Assembly (NCBI GenBank): GCA_951406725.2
Contig: OX597814.1
Coordinates: 28,458,001-28,522,000, forward strand
Origin: Octopus vulgaris
Lineage: Eukaryota
Direction of reading: 5' to 3'
Length of the DNA: 64,000 bases
Notes under the pieces: generated by a model
Database searches by the model: none
What the model saw: only the letters and a program-made list of their open reading frames with translations
What the model was told of the DNA's origin: nothing
Program-made: the position numbers and the translations under genes
Part shown: positions 26,435 to 40,060 of the stretch, piece after piece
How the letters are laid out: every line of letters starts with the position of its first letter
Position numbering within the stretch: position 1 is the stretch's first letter

Positions 26435-26643
26435 TTGTGTGTCTGTGTTTGTCCCCCTAGCATTGCTTGACAACTGATGCCGGTGTGTTTATGTCCCCGT
26501 CACTTAGCGGTTCGGCAAAATAGACCGATATAATAAGTACTGGGCTTACAAAGAATAAGTCCCAGGGTCGATTTGCTCGACTAAAGGCGGTGCTCCAGCA
26601 TGGCCGCAGTCAAGTGACTGAAACAAGTAAAAGAGTAAAAGAG
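26232..26643 (+). mobile_element. SINE family A
   Basis: Full-length copy. Confidence 0.9.
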
Positions 26644-26677
26644 TATGTATGTAAAAAAAAATAATAAATACGCTTTT

Positions 26678-26908
26678 TTAAAGCCTAGCCAGGCTCATGG
26701 GCCCGGTTTCTATGGCGTATATGTTCCCCAGCTGGACGGGACGCCTGTCCATCGCAGCGTTACTCATTTTTGCCATCTGAGTGGACTGGAGCAACGTGAA
26801 ATGAAGTGTTTTACTCAAGAAAACAACGCGTCGTCCGGTCCAGGAATCGAAACCACAATCTTACGATCATGGTGCTGACACCCTAACCACTAAGCCACGC
26901 GCCTCCAC
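26678..26908 (-). mobile_element. tRNA-derived SINE, family D (CORE-like + V-like blocks)
   Basis: Head GGAGGCGCGTGGCTTAGTGGTTAGGG...GGTTTCGATTCC; TTGAGTAAAACACTT...GCTCCAGTCCACTCAG; TGCGATGGAC...CCCGTCCAG; homologous to 63311-63560. Confidence 0.8.
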
Positions 26909-28084
26909 ATATTTATGTATGTATGTATATATATATATGTATGTATCTTTATCACAATGACAAGCAGAAAATCAACCCAGCGGTTGATATTTCTGCTAGT
27001 GTATATATAATGACAACAGCAAAGAATTACATGCTGAACTTCATAAAAGTCTTGCATATTTACACTGTTAAGTCTATAGATTGAATTTTCAGAATACAGT
27101 TTAGAAGGTATGTTTCTTTGTCTGAAACCCCACGCTTTTCAAAATGATTACTCAAAAGCCTAGCGATGTAACCACGTGCTCTATTGAAGATACAGTTGTA
27201 CATTTATAATCTAGGTAGGGAGGTTCTAGGTTTCGAAATCGTTGTCGAATAGCATCGCTCTACCTAGGAACTGCTATATATAATACAGAATATTAGAAAT
27301 ATAAACCTTTCATTTTTAACATCGCCATTTTCATACGCGCATCATTACATGCATATATACATATATGTATACCCGTATGCGTACATACATGCAAACATGC
27401 ATACCTATGTGTATGAATACTTGCATACATGCATGCATACATACGTGCGTACATGAATGCATATATGCAAGCATCGATGGTCCATCGGCATAGTTATTTA
27501 ATTTAAAGTGGCTTTTCATATCCCTCGTACAGGTTAATATTTGACTCTACGGAGCCTTTAGTGAAGTTCAATGTGTTGGAGCGTTCGAGCACGGATTCCA
27601 GACTGAAAGATAATCTTATTCCTTCTTCCCACAAGTGTTATAAAAGCTGCGAAAACGGCCGTTCCGGATCTCAGTTCGTCTTATAACTATATATTATAGG
27701 AAATTAAAGAAAACGTGAGTATTCCACCTAATAAGCAATAGGAACCAAATTTACCGCAAACCACTTCCGACTACAAAAATAAAACAAAGTGAAAAAATCC
27801 TGTGGTAGTGAATTTTGAAACCGCACCCAACCACATCTAAGATCTAACTAATGAGATACATTATTATGCTTACAACCAATTTAATTCTTCTAATTCCTTG
27901 TATGAGTAAACAATACCACAATTATAACAATAATTAAACAATACCACAATTATAACAATACCACAAGCTGTAACAACATCCCGTTTCAAGCATAAAAGGA
28001 TTTTCCAAAATTATATTACTATGAAGTTAAATATGCCTCAATAATAATAATATGAAGCTTCTAGGCAACGAATCCTCTCTACTC

Positions 28085-28907
28085 GAAGCACAAGGCCTCA
28101 TATTTGGGGGAAGGGATTAAGTCGATTACATCGACCCAGTGCGTAATTGATACTAATCTTATCGATCCTGAAAGGATGAAAGGCGAAGTCGACCTCGGCG
28201 AAATGAACTCAAAACGTAACGGCAGACGAAATACCTATTTCTTTACTACCCACAAGGGGCTAAACATAGAGAGGACAAACAAGGACAGACAAACAGATTA
28301 AGTCGATTATATCGACTCCAGCCAACATTAGGCGGCGAGCTGGCAGAAACGTTAGCACGCCGGGCGAAATGCGTTGCCGTATTTCGTCTGCCGTTACGTT
28401 CCGAGTTCAAATTCCGCCGTGGTCGACTTTGCCTTTCATCCTTCCGGGGAAGTTAAATTAAGTACCAGTTACGCACTGGGGTCGATGTAATCGACTTAAT
28501 CCGTTTGTCTGTCCTTGTTTGTCCCCTCTGTGTTTAGCCCCATGTGGGTAGTAAAGAAATATATCTATCGACTCCAGTGCGTAACTGGTACTTATTTAAT
28601 CGACCCCAAAAGGATGAAAGGCAAAGTCGACCTCGGCGGAATTTGAACTCAGAACGTAACGGCAGACGAAATACCTATTTCTTTACTACCCACAAGGGGC
28701 TAAACACAGAGAGGACAAACAAGGACAGACAGACGGATTAAGTCGATTACATCGATCCCAGAGCGTAACTGGTACTTAATTTATCGACCCTGAAAAGATG
28801 AAAGGCAAAGTTGACCTCGGCGGAATTTGAACTCAGAACGTAGCGGCAGACGAAATACCGCTAAGCATCTCGCCCGGCGTGCTAACGCTTCTGCCAGCTC
28901 GCCGCCT
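28085..28907. mobile_element. SINE family B tandem array (-) with a nested opposite-strand family B copy (28330-28560)
   Basis: Tandem junctions at ~28237 and ~28677; the nested copy is flanked by the TSD-like TATCGACTCCAG (28310 and 28566). Confidence 0.85.
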
Positions 28908-29033
28908 TGCTTCTACGTAATGAATGCTTCTCAAAAAAAATGAGATCTTACTTGTACAGTGAGATCGATATGTTTTTGGATTTCTTCTCCCGAGGATTTA
29001 GCACTGAAGGTGAGGTGATAAAGTAAAAGTTTC

Positions 29034-29199
29034 AGGCGCAGAAGTGGCTGTGTGGTAAGTAGCTTGCATACCAACCACATGGTTCCGGGTTCAGTCCCAC
29101 TGCGTGACACCTTGGGCAAGTATCTTCTAGTATAGCCTCGGGCCGATCAAAGCCTTGTGAGTAAATTTGGTAGGCGGAAACCGAAAGAAGCCCGTCGTA

Positions 29200-29233
<34 letters not shown>

Positions 29234-29460
29234 TTTGTGTGTTTGTGTGTCTGTGTATGTCCCCCGACATCGCTTGGCAACCGATGCTGTTGTGTTTACG
29301 TTCCCGTAACTTAGCGATTCGGCGAAAGAGACCGATAGAATAAGTACTAAGGCTTACAAAGAATAAGTTCTGGGGTCAGTTTTCTCGTCTAAAGGCGGTG
29401 CTCCAGCATGGCCGCAGTCAAATGACTGAAACAAGTGAAAGAGTAAAGAGAGTAAAGAGT
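29034..29460 (+). mobile_element. SINE family A
   Basis: Full-length copy. Confidence 0.88.
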
Positions 29461-29625
29461 AGGACAAAATTATTTCTCCTTTACTATAATTTGTGATTTA
29501 CCTTTTACTTTATTCAGCTATTGAACTGTGACTCTGCTGGGGCCCCGAACTGAAGGGTTTCGTCGAACAAATAGACTCTAGTACTTATTTTTAAAGTCTG
29601 GCACTTATTCTATCATTCTCTTGAG

Positions 29626-29990
29626 AGGCGGTTGGATGGAACCTACACTCGCCTCCTTATGAGAGCTCAAAATCTCTCGTGGAAGCGCCATCCAACTAAA
29701 ATGCAAATATATGGGAAACTACCACCTGTGTCATCTCTTGTGAAAGGTAGGAGAGTCCAGTTTGTTGGACATTGTTGTAGAGCTGAAACAGAAGTAATTT
29801 CTACTCTTCTCCTCTTGAAGCCATCTACTCGCAATACCAGAGGGCGCACACTCTCCTACCTTGATGTAATCTCCAGGGATACAGGCATCCAGCAACAGGA
29901 CCACCGTAATGCCATGATGGACCGTGAAGTCTGGCGTAACATAGTAAATTCCATTGTCTCGACCACGGTCGAACAATGATGATGATGATC
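29626..29990 (+). mobile_element. 5'-truncated RTE/RTEX-type LINE 3' end with (TGA)n tail
   Basis: LDGTYTRLLMRAQNLSWKRHPT...RRVQFVGHCCR...AMMDREVWR is a typical RTE-group C-terminus, followed by TGATGATGATGA. Confidence 0.8.
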
Positions 29991-30344
29991 ATTCACTTTT
30001 CTCGAGACGCCAAGTTAAACAAATCAGCATCGATTGTAACACTATAGTGATGGTGTTGGGGCAAGCACAAAGATGCACACACATGGGTACACGCACGATG
30101 GACTTATTCACAACCTCTACAAAGCAAACTCCCTCATAAGGTATTGGTCGGTCCGGGGTAACAGTAAAAGGCATTTGCCGTGCAGTAGGTTCGAACCCGA
30201 GACCATGCGGTTAGAAAGCGAGTGCCTTAAACACACAGCTATGAAAATAATGTTTCGTGTTTGTATTTAAAGCTACTGCGAGGTGCCTTTGGAGAAGTTC
30301 ATAGAATAGTTTAGTCGGGAGAAGGTTATCTTGTTTAAAATATA

Positions 30345-30520
30345 TTCAATTTTGGCACAAAGCCAGTAATTTAGGGGTAGGGTGTAAGTCGATTAGATTG
30401 ACCCCAATCTAATCGACACCGAACGGATGAAAGGCAAAGTCGACCTCGACAGAATTTGAACTCAGAGCATAAAAACGGACAAATGCACTAAGCATTTTGT
30501 CCAGTGTACAAACGATCCGC
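30345..30520 (-). mobile_element. SINE family B variant, diverged
   Basis: GGATGAAAGGCAAAGTCGACCTCG...GAATTTGAACTCAG. Confidence 0.7.
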
Positions 30521-30675
30521 ATGCGCACCAACTGAGATATTGAAATTTTGTACACATTTTTGGAAAGTTTTGATTTCGAGGTGTTTGCACCGAACGATTA
30601 ATGTTCATAATCTTTTCCACTATCACATATGTTATACGGTGTTTTGTTATATACATATATTGAGAAGGAGAGAGA

Positions 30676-30713
<38 letters not shown>

Positions 30714-30819
30714 CGGACCGAGAGACAGAGACAGGCCTGTACGCATTAAGAAAAAAACACTCGTAAACAAATCAGAAGCAAAAGACACACATACACTAAT
30801 CCATACCCATTAAGAAAAC

Positions 30820-30853
30820 ACACACACAAACACACATACATATAAGCAGAGGG

Positions 30854-30907
<54 letters not shown>

Positions 30908-31010
30908 CAGACAGAGACAGAGAGAGTGATAGAGAGATAGAGAGATAGATTGATAGATAGATAGAGAGAGAGACAGAGAGAGAGAGAGACATACACATAA
31001 GCAGAGGGAA

Positions 31011-31047
<37 letters not shown>

Positions 31048-31066
31048 GACAGAGAGAGTGACAGAG

Positions 31067-31097
<31 letters not shown>

Positions 31098-31128
31098 AAT
31101 ACACATAAGCAGAGGGATAGAGAGATAG

Positions 31129-31178
<50 letters not shown>

Positions 31179-31200
31179 AGAGAGAGAGAGAGAGAGAGAA
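30820..31200. repeat. higher-order (GA)n-rich composite repeat, about 3 units anchored by ATAAGCAGAGGGA
   Basis: Anchor recurs at ~30842, ~30997 and ~31105. Confidence 0.75.
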
Positions 31201-31267
31201 AGCTAGTAGCAAGCAGCATCATTTAATGCATTTTGATAATTCTGTTTTTATGTCTCTGTCTGTATGA

Positions 31268-31318
<51 letters not shown>

Positions 31319-32028
31319 ACCGATTTTTCTGCTCACAGCGCCAAAATTTAGATTAAATGTCAGTTCTACTCCGTCGAAGATGTACAGAAATCTATATGAG
31401 AAGATGCTTCTTTTCCACGGTTCTTCAATAGTCAACCAGCAGTCATAGGCATTAAAGCAAAACAGAAAGCTAAATGAAGTTTAGTAGTCGAATAGTGCCA
31501 GGGATTAAACGTGTGATGTCAAGTAAGTCAACATCGAATCAACAACGCCAAGTAGGCTCGACCAAGACAGCTGTGCCGAGACTAGAAAAACAGCCAACAG
31601 CTGATGATGGGCCGTTCTTTATGTTGTTTGTTTTGATTTACGTTGTTCGAAAGAATATTTCATGTTCCATGTACTCGTGCTTTGTACTTTTTTGTTGTAC
31701 TCGTTTCGTGACGTCCTGTGCCTACATGTGCACATACTATTATACAGATCAAAAGACTGCATATATCTGTTCAAAATAATGAATAAGTAGAAGAAAAAAA
31801 AATGATTGTATTCATCGGATTATTTACAAAATATCAAATCTTGATTCAGATATGTTCTAAACTTTATAAATCGCCGAATCTATCAGGAACATGAGCCTTG
31901 ATCTACGAAGTTTCTGCTTCAAATAAACTATACTCACTTGAGTTATTTAATACATTTTCCTATTCGTGAACACATATGTTCGCCTACACACTCGCGCACG
32001 CACACATACACACACATATACGGATATG

Positions 32029-32072
<44 letters not shown>

Positions 32073-32250
32073 TATATACGTATGCATATGTATGCTATAT
32101 ATGTATATATGTATGCATATATATATGCATATATATATGGATGTATATGCATGCATATATATGCATATACATGCATGCACGCGCACACACACATATATAT
32201 ATGTACATTATATATATACATATACATATATATATACATATACCTATACA

Positions 32251-32336
<86 letters not shown>

Positions 32337-32340
<4 letters not shown>

Positions 32341-32560
32341 TAATCCAAACAAGAAAACACAAAAAAACACAAAAAACACAACAACGCGAGGACGTGGAAC
32401 AAATAAAGTATTATTGGACGCTCAGGAAAGAAGGGAAGAAGGAGGGTTTAACGTTTCGAGCGGAGCTCTTCGTCGGAAACATAGGAGAAGGAAAGATCCC
32501 GAGAAGGGAAGACAGAGGGAAAGAAATCGCCGGTGGTACTCACGAGGTCACATATTGAAA
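32337..32560 (-). mobile_element. PLE-terminal-repeat derivative with hammerhead-like motif (32445-32481; U4C core)
   Basis: Reverse complement GTTT-CCGACGA-A-GAGC-tcc-GCTC-GAAAC-GTT-AAAC; tail ends at (TA)n; tail homologues at 10200-10292 and 11932-11995. Confidence 0.7.
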
Positions 32561-33209
32561 GACCGGAAGTAGAAAGGTGGAAGAATAATGTTTTTTAAAG
32601 ACAGGAGAGTTTTCAAAGACAGTATGTTAAAGACAAGGAAGTGAGAGGGGGAATGTGTGTGGATGTGTGCGTGCGCGGAGGTCTGCGTGTGCGCGCGTGT
32701 GTGTATGTGTGCAATGATGACACGTGTGTGTGTCCGTGTGTGTTTATGTGTGTATGGCGAACAACTGGCTAGTAGCTGGCCAGTATGTAAGAATAAGGAG
32801 TGGTGTTTTTCGTGTCCAGTCACAGGTCAAAAACAAAGAGGTATGTGTGTGTGCGTGTATGTATATGTATCGCGTGTGTGTTTTGTTTGTAGTGTGTGTG
32901 TGTGTATGTGTGTGTTCGTGTGTGTATGCGTAGAGTTTGGGTGTGTGTGCTTAACTTAGTGTATGTGTGCGTGTGTGCTTGTACGTGCGTGTGTGTATAT
33001 ATATGTATGTATAATTGTGTGCGTGCATGTATAATTGAGTGCCGTGTGTATGGGATGTATGTGTGGGTTCATTTGTGTGTGTGTGTGTGTATGTGTGTGT
33101 GTGTAAGCGTATATGGATGTATATGCGTGTATCCGTGGGATTGTGAGTTTTGGGTGTGTGCGTGTGTGCGTGCGTATGTGTGCGCATGTTTTTGTGTGCG
33201 TATGTGTGT

Positions 33210-33265
<56 letters not shown>

Positions 33266-33330
33266 ATATACATATATATACATACATATATATATTTATA
33301 TATATATTTATATATATATGTGTGTGTGAG

Positions 33331-33365
<35 letters not shown>

Positions 33366-34129
33366 ATATATTAAACTCTGCCGAACTTGCACCGTAAAAA
33401 CCATAACATCTGTGTGTGTGTCTACACTTCTCTGTCTGTCGGTGCTTGCGTGTCCGCGCGTATCTGTGTGCGTGTGTCTGTGTTTGTAGAGCAGTGTCTC
33501 TTCACATGTTATTACAAATGTACGCTACTTTCCATATTTTTTCTACCAGTAATATTGGCTTAAAGTGCACAGTAGGCAAGCAAGTGCGGCAGAGAGGTGT
33601 ATATCACTAATCGTGCTATAACGCATAAAACGAATCCCATCCCTTCCTGCCCACGGAGAAATAAAAACGGTAGGAAATTCTTCCATCAAACCATGATACT
33701 AGCACAGTGATTGTAATATTTGCATTTAATGCCGTGCTGTTATAGTGATGACATTGTTTCAGAACCCTCTGAATCATTGCTGATTCAGCGGTATGTATTT
33801 GGTGCAAGCTGAGAAACAAACTCGTAACTGGAATGACGTGTTTGCTTCTGATTTCACTGTAACTATTTTGTCATAGTAAATTGTATTACTCCAGTCGCTA
33901 GACAGGGAAGCAATACACATCACGACAGGCGAATGCAATAAGGAGAAACGTTCGTGGCAGTGCGGTTAACAATTTCGATAAATAACGTGGTTCTGGGTTC
34001 GATCCTAGTGTATTGAACATGGATATGTGTTTTCTGCTGCAGCTTCAGTTTGAGTGGAAGTTGCCAGTCTGAAACTAAGCAGAAAGCCTCTTGGTGTTGG
34101 CGCACATACCTCTCTTTCTATATCTCTAT

Positions 34130-34233
<104 letters not shown>

Positions 34234-34319
34234 TATCTGTCTATCGCCATGTTGATTCGCTAGCCTCTGCACGCATTTTTTTTCTCTCCTTGTTTCTCTC
34301 CGTGTTACTTTTCTGTGTA

Positions 34320-34357
34320 TCTTTCTGTTGAAGAGCGTAGGCTCGAAACGTAAAAGA
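34320..34357 (+). ncRNA. minimal hammerhead-like motif (A6U) in PLE-derived element 34275-34455
   Basis: TCTTT-CTGTTGA-A-GAGC-gtag-GCTC-GAAAC-GTA-AAAGA with a 5-bp stem I; flanked by (TATC)n. Confidence 0.65.
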
Positions 34358-34453
34358 CTTGTTTTATTTATATTCCTGAGCGCCATACTAATACAATTGT
34401 TTGTTTGTATTCCACCTGCCTTCGTCTTTTGTTTATTTTCATAAAGCTTCCCG

Positions 34454-34514
<61 letters not shown>

Positions 34515-36172
34515 CATCTATCTATCTATCTATCTATCGATCTATCTATCCATCTGTCTATCTGTTTGCATGTCTGTACATATATATGTATATATAAGAC
34601 TATTTGTATTATCATGTTCAGAATACATATAATGCCATGCCAAATCATAGAACTCGACATAAAATAGCTGGATAAAGTAAAAATTTATATACAGTATGTT
34701 AATTTTCCAGCTATAACATTAATTTAACTTTTCATCGTTGAGAGCATTGAGGAAGGACTGACGATTGCATAAGTCTTTCTCTACCAGTAGCTCAAACTTT
34801 CCTCAACAAACTCTGGGCAATATCGCTTCGTGTTAACCTCGTGACTTGGCGTTTTGGGTTTCTTAAACTTATCAAAAGTTCCGAGGTGGTCTGTTCCCAG
34901 ATATAGGTCATGTAGACCCAACGGCGAGGGAAAATGTTCCTGTGTCCCAATAACAATCTACAAACTATTGGCGAAAGGTGCCACAGGTTAACGTTTTACT
35001 ACTCTGACAGATACTAGGGTGCACCTGGTATCAAACGTACTAAAATTTTACTCGGGTTTGGGTCCTCGTGAAAAATCTGGTCACACATTCAAACATAGAC
35101 ATTCAAAAAAGCACACATACACAAAAGCACACACACATACATACATACATACATACATACATACATACATACATACATACATACATACATGCATGCATAC
35201 ATACATACATACATACATACATACATGCATACATACATACATACACACACACACACATACACACATTTACATACTCACTCATACGTAAATAGATATGTGA
35301 TTGTATATATAAATATATACTTACATACGCAAACACACACATACACACACACACATACACTTCATCGTCCAGATTTTCTCATATGTCTGCATCTATATGC
35401 ACGCTCCTGGGAAGCTTCTTTTGTGAAAGGCTATCAGCTCTCCATGTATACATGTCTCCACATTACCGATATTATCCAAAGGCAAGGCCACTGACATAGG
35501 ACCGATGCAGCCGTTGCCGTCAAAGAGCTGCAACCAATACCTCAACATATCCGTTACAAGGATACCTTGTATCCTCCAATCCAGTTCTACAGTTTCTCCA
35601 ATGCTCAGCTGTAACCGCCAATAGCATGAAAGGGTAAGTTAACCCCTGTGAAATCTTAAGTTAGAGAATCTCAAGTTAGAGAATTGGAACACTGCAAGGC
35701 ATTGTAATTATCGACTGTAGTAATTCATCATCTCTTATTCCCTTCCACGCACACACAAAATCACACACACTCACACAAATCTCAGCAAAATACAAAATAT
35801 TTTTGCCTTTCTTTTTGTTTTTCGCTGAAAGAACTAAAAGATAATAGCACAATGCTCACATGATGGGCGCCAGGCTTCAGTCCTTGACAGAGTTGCGTGA
35901 GAGGAAGATAATGGCGTAGCTGTATTTTGCCGAGGCCGCAGGAGCTTCCTTTGTTCCATTCAACAAGGATTTAAAGACTGCCTCTCGGACATGTAAAGTG
36001 AAACCTTCTTTTTTGAGAGAAGAGGAAGTATGGCACCACATTCATCATTTCTAAAAGAGAGGACGCGTCAAATGTACCAGCCGAAATTGTTCAAACAAAC
36101 CTGACCATAAACTAGAGCCAGAATATTTGGAAAGGAGGAAAGACCATGGTCACTGTCTAAGACATCGGTTTA

Positions 36173-36402
36173 ACGAGCTGGCAGAATCGTTAGCACGCCG
36201 GGTGAAATGCTTAGCGGTATTTCGTCTGCCGCTACGTTCTGAGTTCAAATTCCGCCGAGGTCGACTTTGCCTTTCATCCTTTCGGGGTCGATTAAATAAG
36301 TACCAGTTACGCACTGGGGTCGATATAATCGACTTAATCCATTTGTCTGTCCTTGTTTGTCTCCTCTGTGTGTAGCCCCTTGTGGGTAGTAAAGAAATAG
36401 GT
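36173..36402 (+). mobile_element. SINE family B
   Basis: Full monomer. Confidence 0.88.
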
Positions 36403-36691
36403 TTCACATCCACATTATAGCCCATAATCACTTTTGTGGCATTATATAGTGAGCAAGCGGTTAGTATTTGCTTAACTTTTGGTGATATGTGTCCAGGTGA
36501 GGTCACCATGGACTTACAGTACTCATGACCCGCAAGATCATAGAACAATTTCAGAATTGTCTCTTGTAGTTGGTACCGTAAGGTAAGCCTTAGAACTGTG
36601 ATCCAAGGCATAAAGCCCAGCTGCTATACATGTGCCAATAAAAGCTATGAAGCCATTCTACCCAGAAAGTCTAAAAGATTTCTAAAAAATT

Positions 36692-38180
36692 AAGTTAGTT
36701 AGTTAGTTAATTTTTTGGCTCAAAAAGCAAAAAGCAAGGTTATGTAGGGGGACATGGAGTTATGTACAGGGTGGTGTTCATGTAAAGAGTTCAGGCCACT
36801 TGAGGTCAAGGGAGACTTTGAACCGAGTGGTCGTCGGCATCTTCACCATCTCGTCTGGCAGCTTATTCCACGGATCCGCAACCCGGACGGAGAAAGCCCC
36901 TCTCCTTCGATTGAGATGAAATCGTCGCAGATAGAGCTTTTCAGAATGACCCCGCAGCCGACGCTCTGGAGCAGGAATGAAGAACAGCTCTTTCGAGAGG
37001 TTACACTTTCCGCTTATGATGTTGTGGGCAAGAATGAGATCTCCACGGCGTCGTCGTTTTTCTAGAGAATAAAGGTCGAGCGTCTTCAGACTTTCTTCAT
37101 AAGACAAATTCCATGCGGGTAGCCAGCTTCTGGACTCTTTCGAGATGCTGTATGTCTTTGAGGAGATAAGGAGAAGAGGCTTGAATCCCGTACTCCAATA
37201 TGGGTCTCACCAGCGTGACATAGAGCGGTAGGAATATGGCTGCTGTGAGCATTCCGAATGACCGTCGAATCAAGAACAGAATTCCGCGTGCTTTGTTGGT
37301 AGCATGGACGCACTGGGCCGAAGGCGAAAAGAAGGAATCCACCAAGATACCCAGGTCCTTTACCTGATTGGTCCTCTCCAGCAGCAGACGACCCGGCTCG
37401 AAATCAAGTTGAGTTGCAGGAGGAGAGCCAACAGGCAGATGACAGCACTTTGACACGTTCAGACACAGGTCCCATTCGTTAGACCATCTCCAAATTTGGT
37501 GGAGGCATCGACGAAGATCCTCTATATCACCGCGAGGAGCGACCAGTTTGACATCGTCGGCAAATAGAAGGATGTGTTGCGTGAGGTCGTCGGGCAAGTC
37601 ATTTATGAAGACTAAGAACAATAAGGGCCCAAGCACTGAACCTTGAGGCACGCCACTGCTCGCACTGGAGACGTCGGACCGCGAACCATTAACTTGGACT
37701 TGGAAGGAGCGATCTGAGAGGAAGGCACCAACCCATCGTACAATATCCAGACGGAAACTATATGTTTGAAGCTTGACAAGTAATAGGCGGTGGTTTACCG
37801 AGTCAAAAGCTTTGGCAAAGTCCAATAAAACGATGTCAACAGCATCACTATCATCGAGGATGCGCGTCACCAATTCTTCCATTACCAGTAAGTTGGTCAA
37901 GCATGGTCTCTTCGGCACGAAGCCGTGTTGGGAATCAGAGATAGAGGCTGTGTTTTGGAGGTGGAGCATCATACTTTTCTTAAGGATGGTTTCGAACATC
38001 TTGCTGATTATTGATGTAAGGGAAACCGGTCGGTAGTTAAGCGAGTCTTCGCGGCTCCCTTTCTTGAAAATTGGGCAGATTATCGCTGTTCTCCAGTCCG
38101 CAGGTATAACACCCGTCGCCAATGACATATTGAATAGATGTGTTAAGGGCTCGCAGATGACCGGAGCCAACGCTTTGATG
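36692..38180 (-). mobile_element. 5'-truncated CR1-type LINE: reverse transcriptase domain, 3' end and (TAAC)n tail
   Basis: ORF 37097-38170 has NYRPVSLTS, QHGF, LDFAKAFDSV, GVPQGSVLGP, FADD; it frameshifts into 36778-37107 (LEKRRRRGDLI...FSVRVADPWNKLP). Confidence 0.93.
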
Positions 38181-38444
38181 GATATTAATTCAGCACCCGC
38201 TCAAGTTTTGTGTCATCTTTTACTAGAAGCTAACCACTAGATCCAGGAACGCCACATCAGCCGAATTTCAACCTTGACCCATGTGGTTGGGAAGCAAGCT
38301 ACTTACCACACAGCCATTCCTGCGCCTATATATATGTGTATATATTCTAACTCACAACCTCACAATCGTAAGCTCGACGCTCTAACCACTGAGCAGTGCG
38401 CCTTCACACACACACACACACATACATATATATATGCTGAGACT

Positions 38445-38773
38445 TCCTTCGGTCATGACTGACGATGGGATTGCACCTAGAAAGTTACCTTCCCAGGCAT
38501 AAGTCCGGCAAAGTTGTTTACGGAAGACCAGCAGTCGCCCAAGCATACCAGCTTCCTCTCTCCACGTCACCGATGTTATCCAAGAGAAAGGCAAAGGCCG
38601 AAACAGCTTGGCTCCAGTGTGACGTCGCAACTCATTTCTACAGCTGAATGAACTGGAGCAACGTGAAATAAAGTGTCTTGCTCAAGAACACAACTCGTAG
38701 CCCGGTCAGGGATTCGAGCTCACAACCTCACGATCGTAAGCTCGACGCTCTAACCACTGAGCCATGCACCTTC
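38445..38773 (-). mobile_element. SINE with a family-D-like head and an RTE-like 3' tail
   Basis: tRNA-like head GGTGCATGGCTCAGTGGTTAGAGCG...TTGAGCAAGACACTTTATTTCACGTTGCTCCAG; different tail; head partly duplicated at 38350-38405. Confidence 0.7.
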
Positions 38774-38872
38774 ACACACACAAACACACACACACACACA
38801 TGAATGTATTTATATATTTATACACACACACACATATGCATAAATGTATTTCTAAATATATTTATATATATG

Positions 38873-39102
38873 TTTCTTTACTACCCACAAGGGGCTAAAC
38901 ACAGAGGGAACAAACAAGGACAGACATAGGTATTAAGTCGATTACATCGACCCCAGTGCGTAACTGGTACTTTATTTATCGACCCCGAAAGGATGAAATG
39001 CAAAGTCGACCTCGGCGGAATTTGAACTCAGAATGTAACGACAGACGAAATACGGCTACGCATTTCGCCCGGCGTGCTAACGGTTCTGCCAGCTCGCCGC
39101 CT
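38873..39102 (-). mobile_element. SINE family B
   Basis: Full monomer. Confidence 0.88.
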
Positions 39103-39171
39103 AAATATATTTATATATACATGCACACACAAACATACGCGCGCGTACACACACGCATACACCCCCCTCCG

Positions 39172-39204
<33 letters not shown>

Positions 39205-39662
39205 CTTCATTTACTTTTTTTTATGGTTTTCTGTTATTCTGTTATTCCGTGTCAGTAAGTACGTTGTCGTCAGTGATTGTGTGCATGAGTGATGGCGGCG
39301 GGAGAGAGAGAGAGGGAATCAGTGTCTGTGTGTTCGGGGGGTGGGGTGGGTAGGGAGGGGGATGGATGTGAGGGAGGGTGGGGCTCGGCGTGTGTGTGTG
39401 TGTTTGTGGGTCGGTGGGTCGGTGGGTGGTTGCGCGCGCGCGCGCGTACTGAAGGTAACAGACGAAATGCACTAGCGGTGCACGGGTGCGCGCGCGCGCG
39501 CGTGAGAGATGCGTGTGCAGCAGATGCGTTAAAGGTAATTTGCAGGCGCTGTATGTATGTATGTATGTATGCGAGACTTTGTGACAGGAGAAGGAAAAAA
39601 TGGCAGAGAGCCGAGAGATAAACAAGCACGTTCCCCACTACCACCACCACCACCATCCGGAA

Positions 39663-39697
<35 letters not shown>

Positions 39698-40060
39698 AAA
39701 TAAGATAAGCGGGAGGATAGCGAATGATTGAATACACGAATGAACGAATAGTAGATTGAACCAATAATCTGGAATGATGAAGAATGAGAAGTATGTTATG
39801 AATGGAAACTATGTCTGTCGCCATCAGAGAAGTCAAACAGCGAGATTTGGTCGGTCATAGAGGCGGCGGTGATGGGAGGGGGGTAGTAGTTGTTGAAGAG
39901 ATGAGATACTACTGTTTCAGTCATTGTGTTGCGGCCATGCTGGTGCTTCACATTTTAGTGCTAAGTCAATTATATAGGACTCGGGTACTTATTTCACTCT
40001 GGTAGTAAATTTTATCGAATTCCATTTGTAGAACCGTTAGCTTATATGGTCAAAACAAAA

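Noticed and set aside
31321-31470. Possible minus-strand coding exon (FNAYDCWLTIEEPWKRS...) with a GTGAGA donor
   Set aside because: No recognisable homology, weak acceptor, adjacent to a repeat remnant.
35860-36680. Possible LINE coding remnant flanking the family B SINE
   Set aside because: Too degenerate to assign any motif.
39448-39480. CTGAAGG...GACGAAA hammerhead-like string
   Set aside because: A9 is missing and stems I and III cannot be drawn convincingly.
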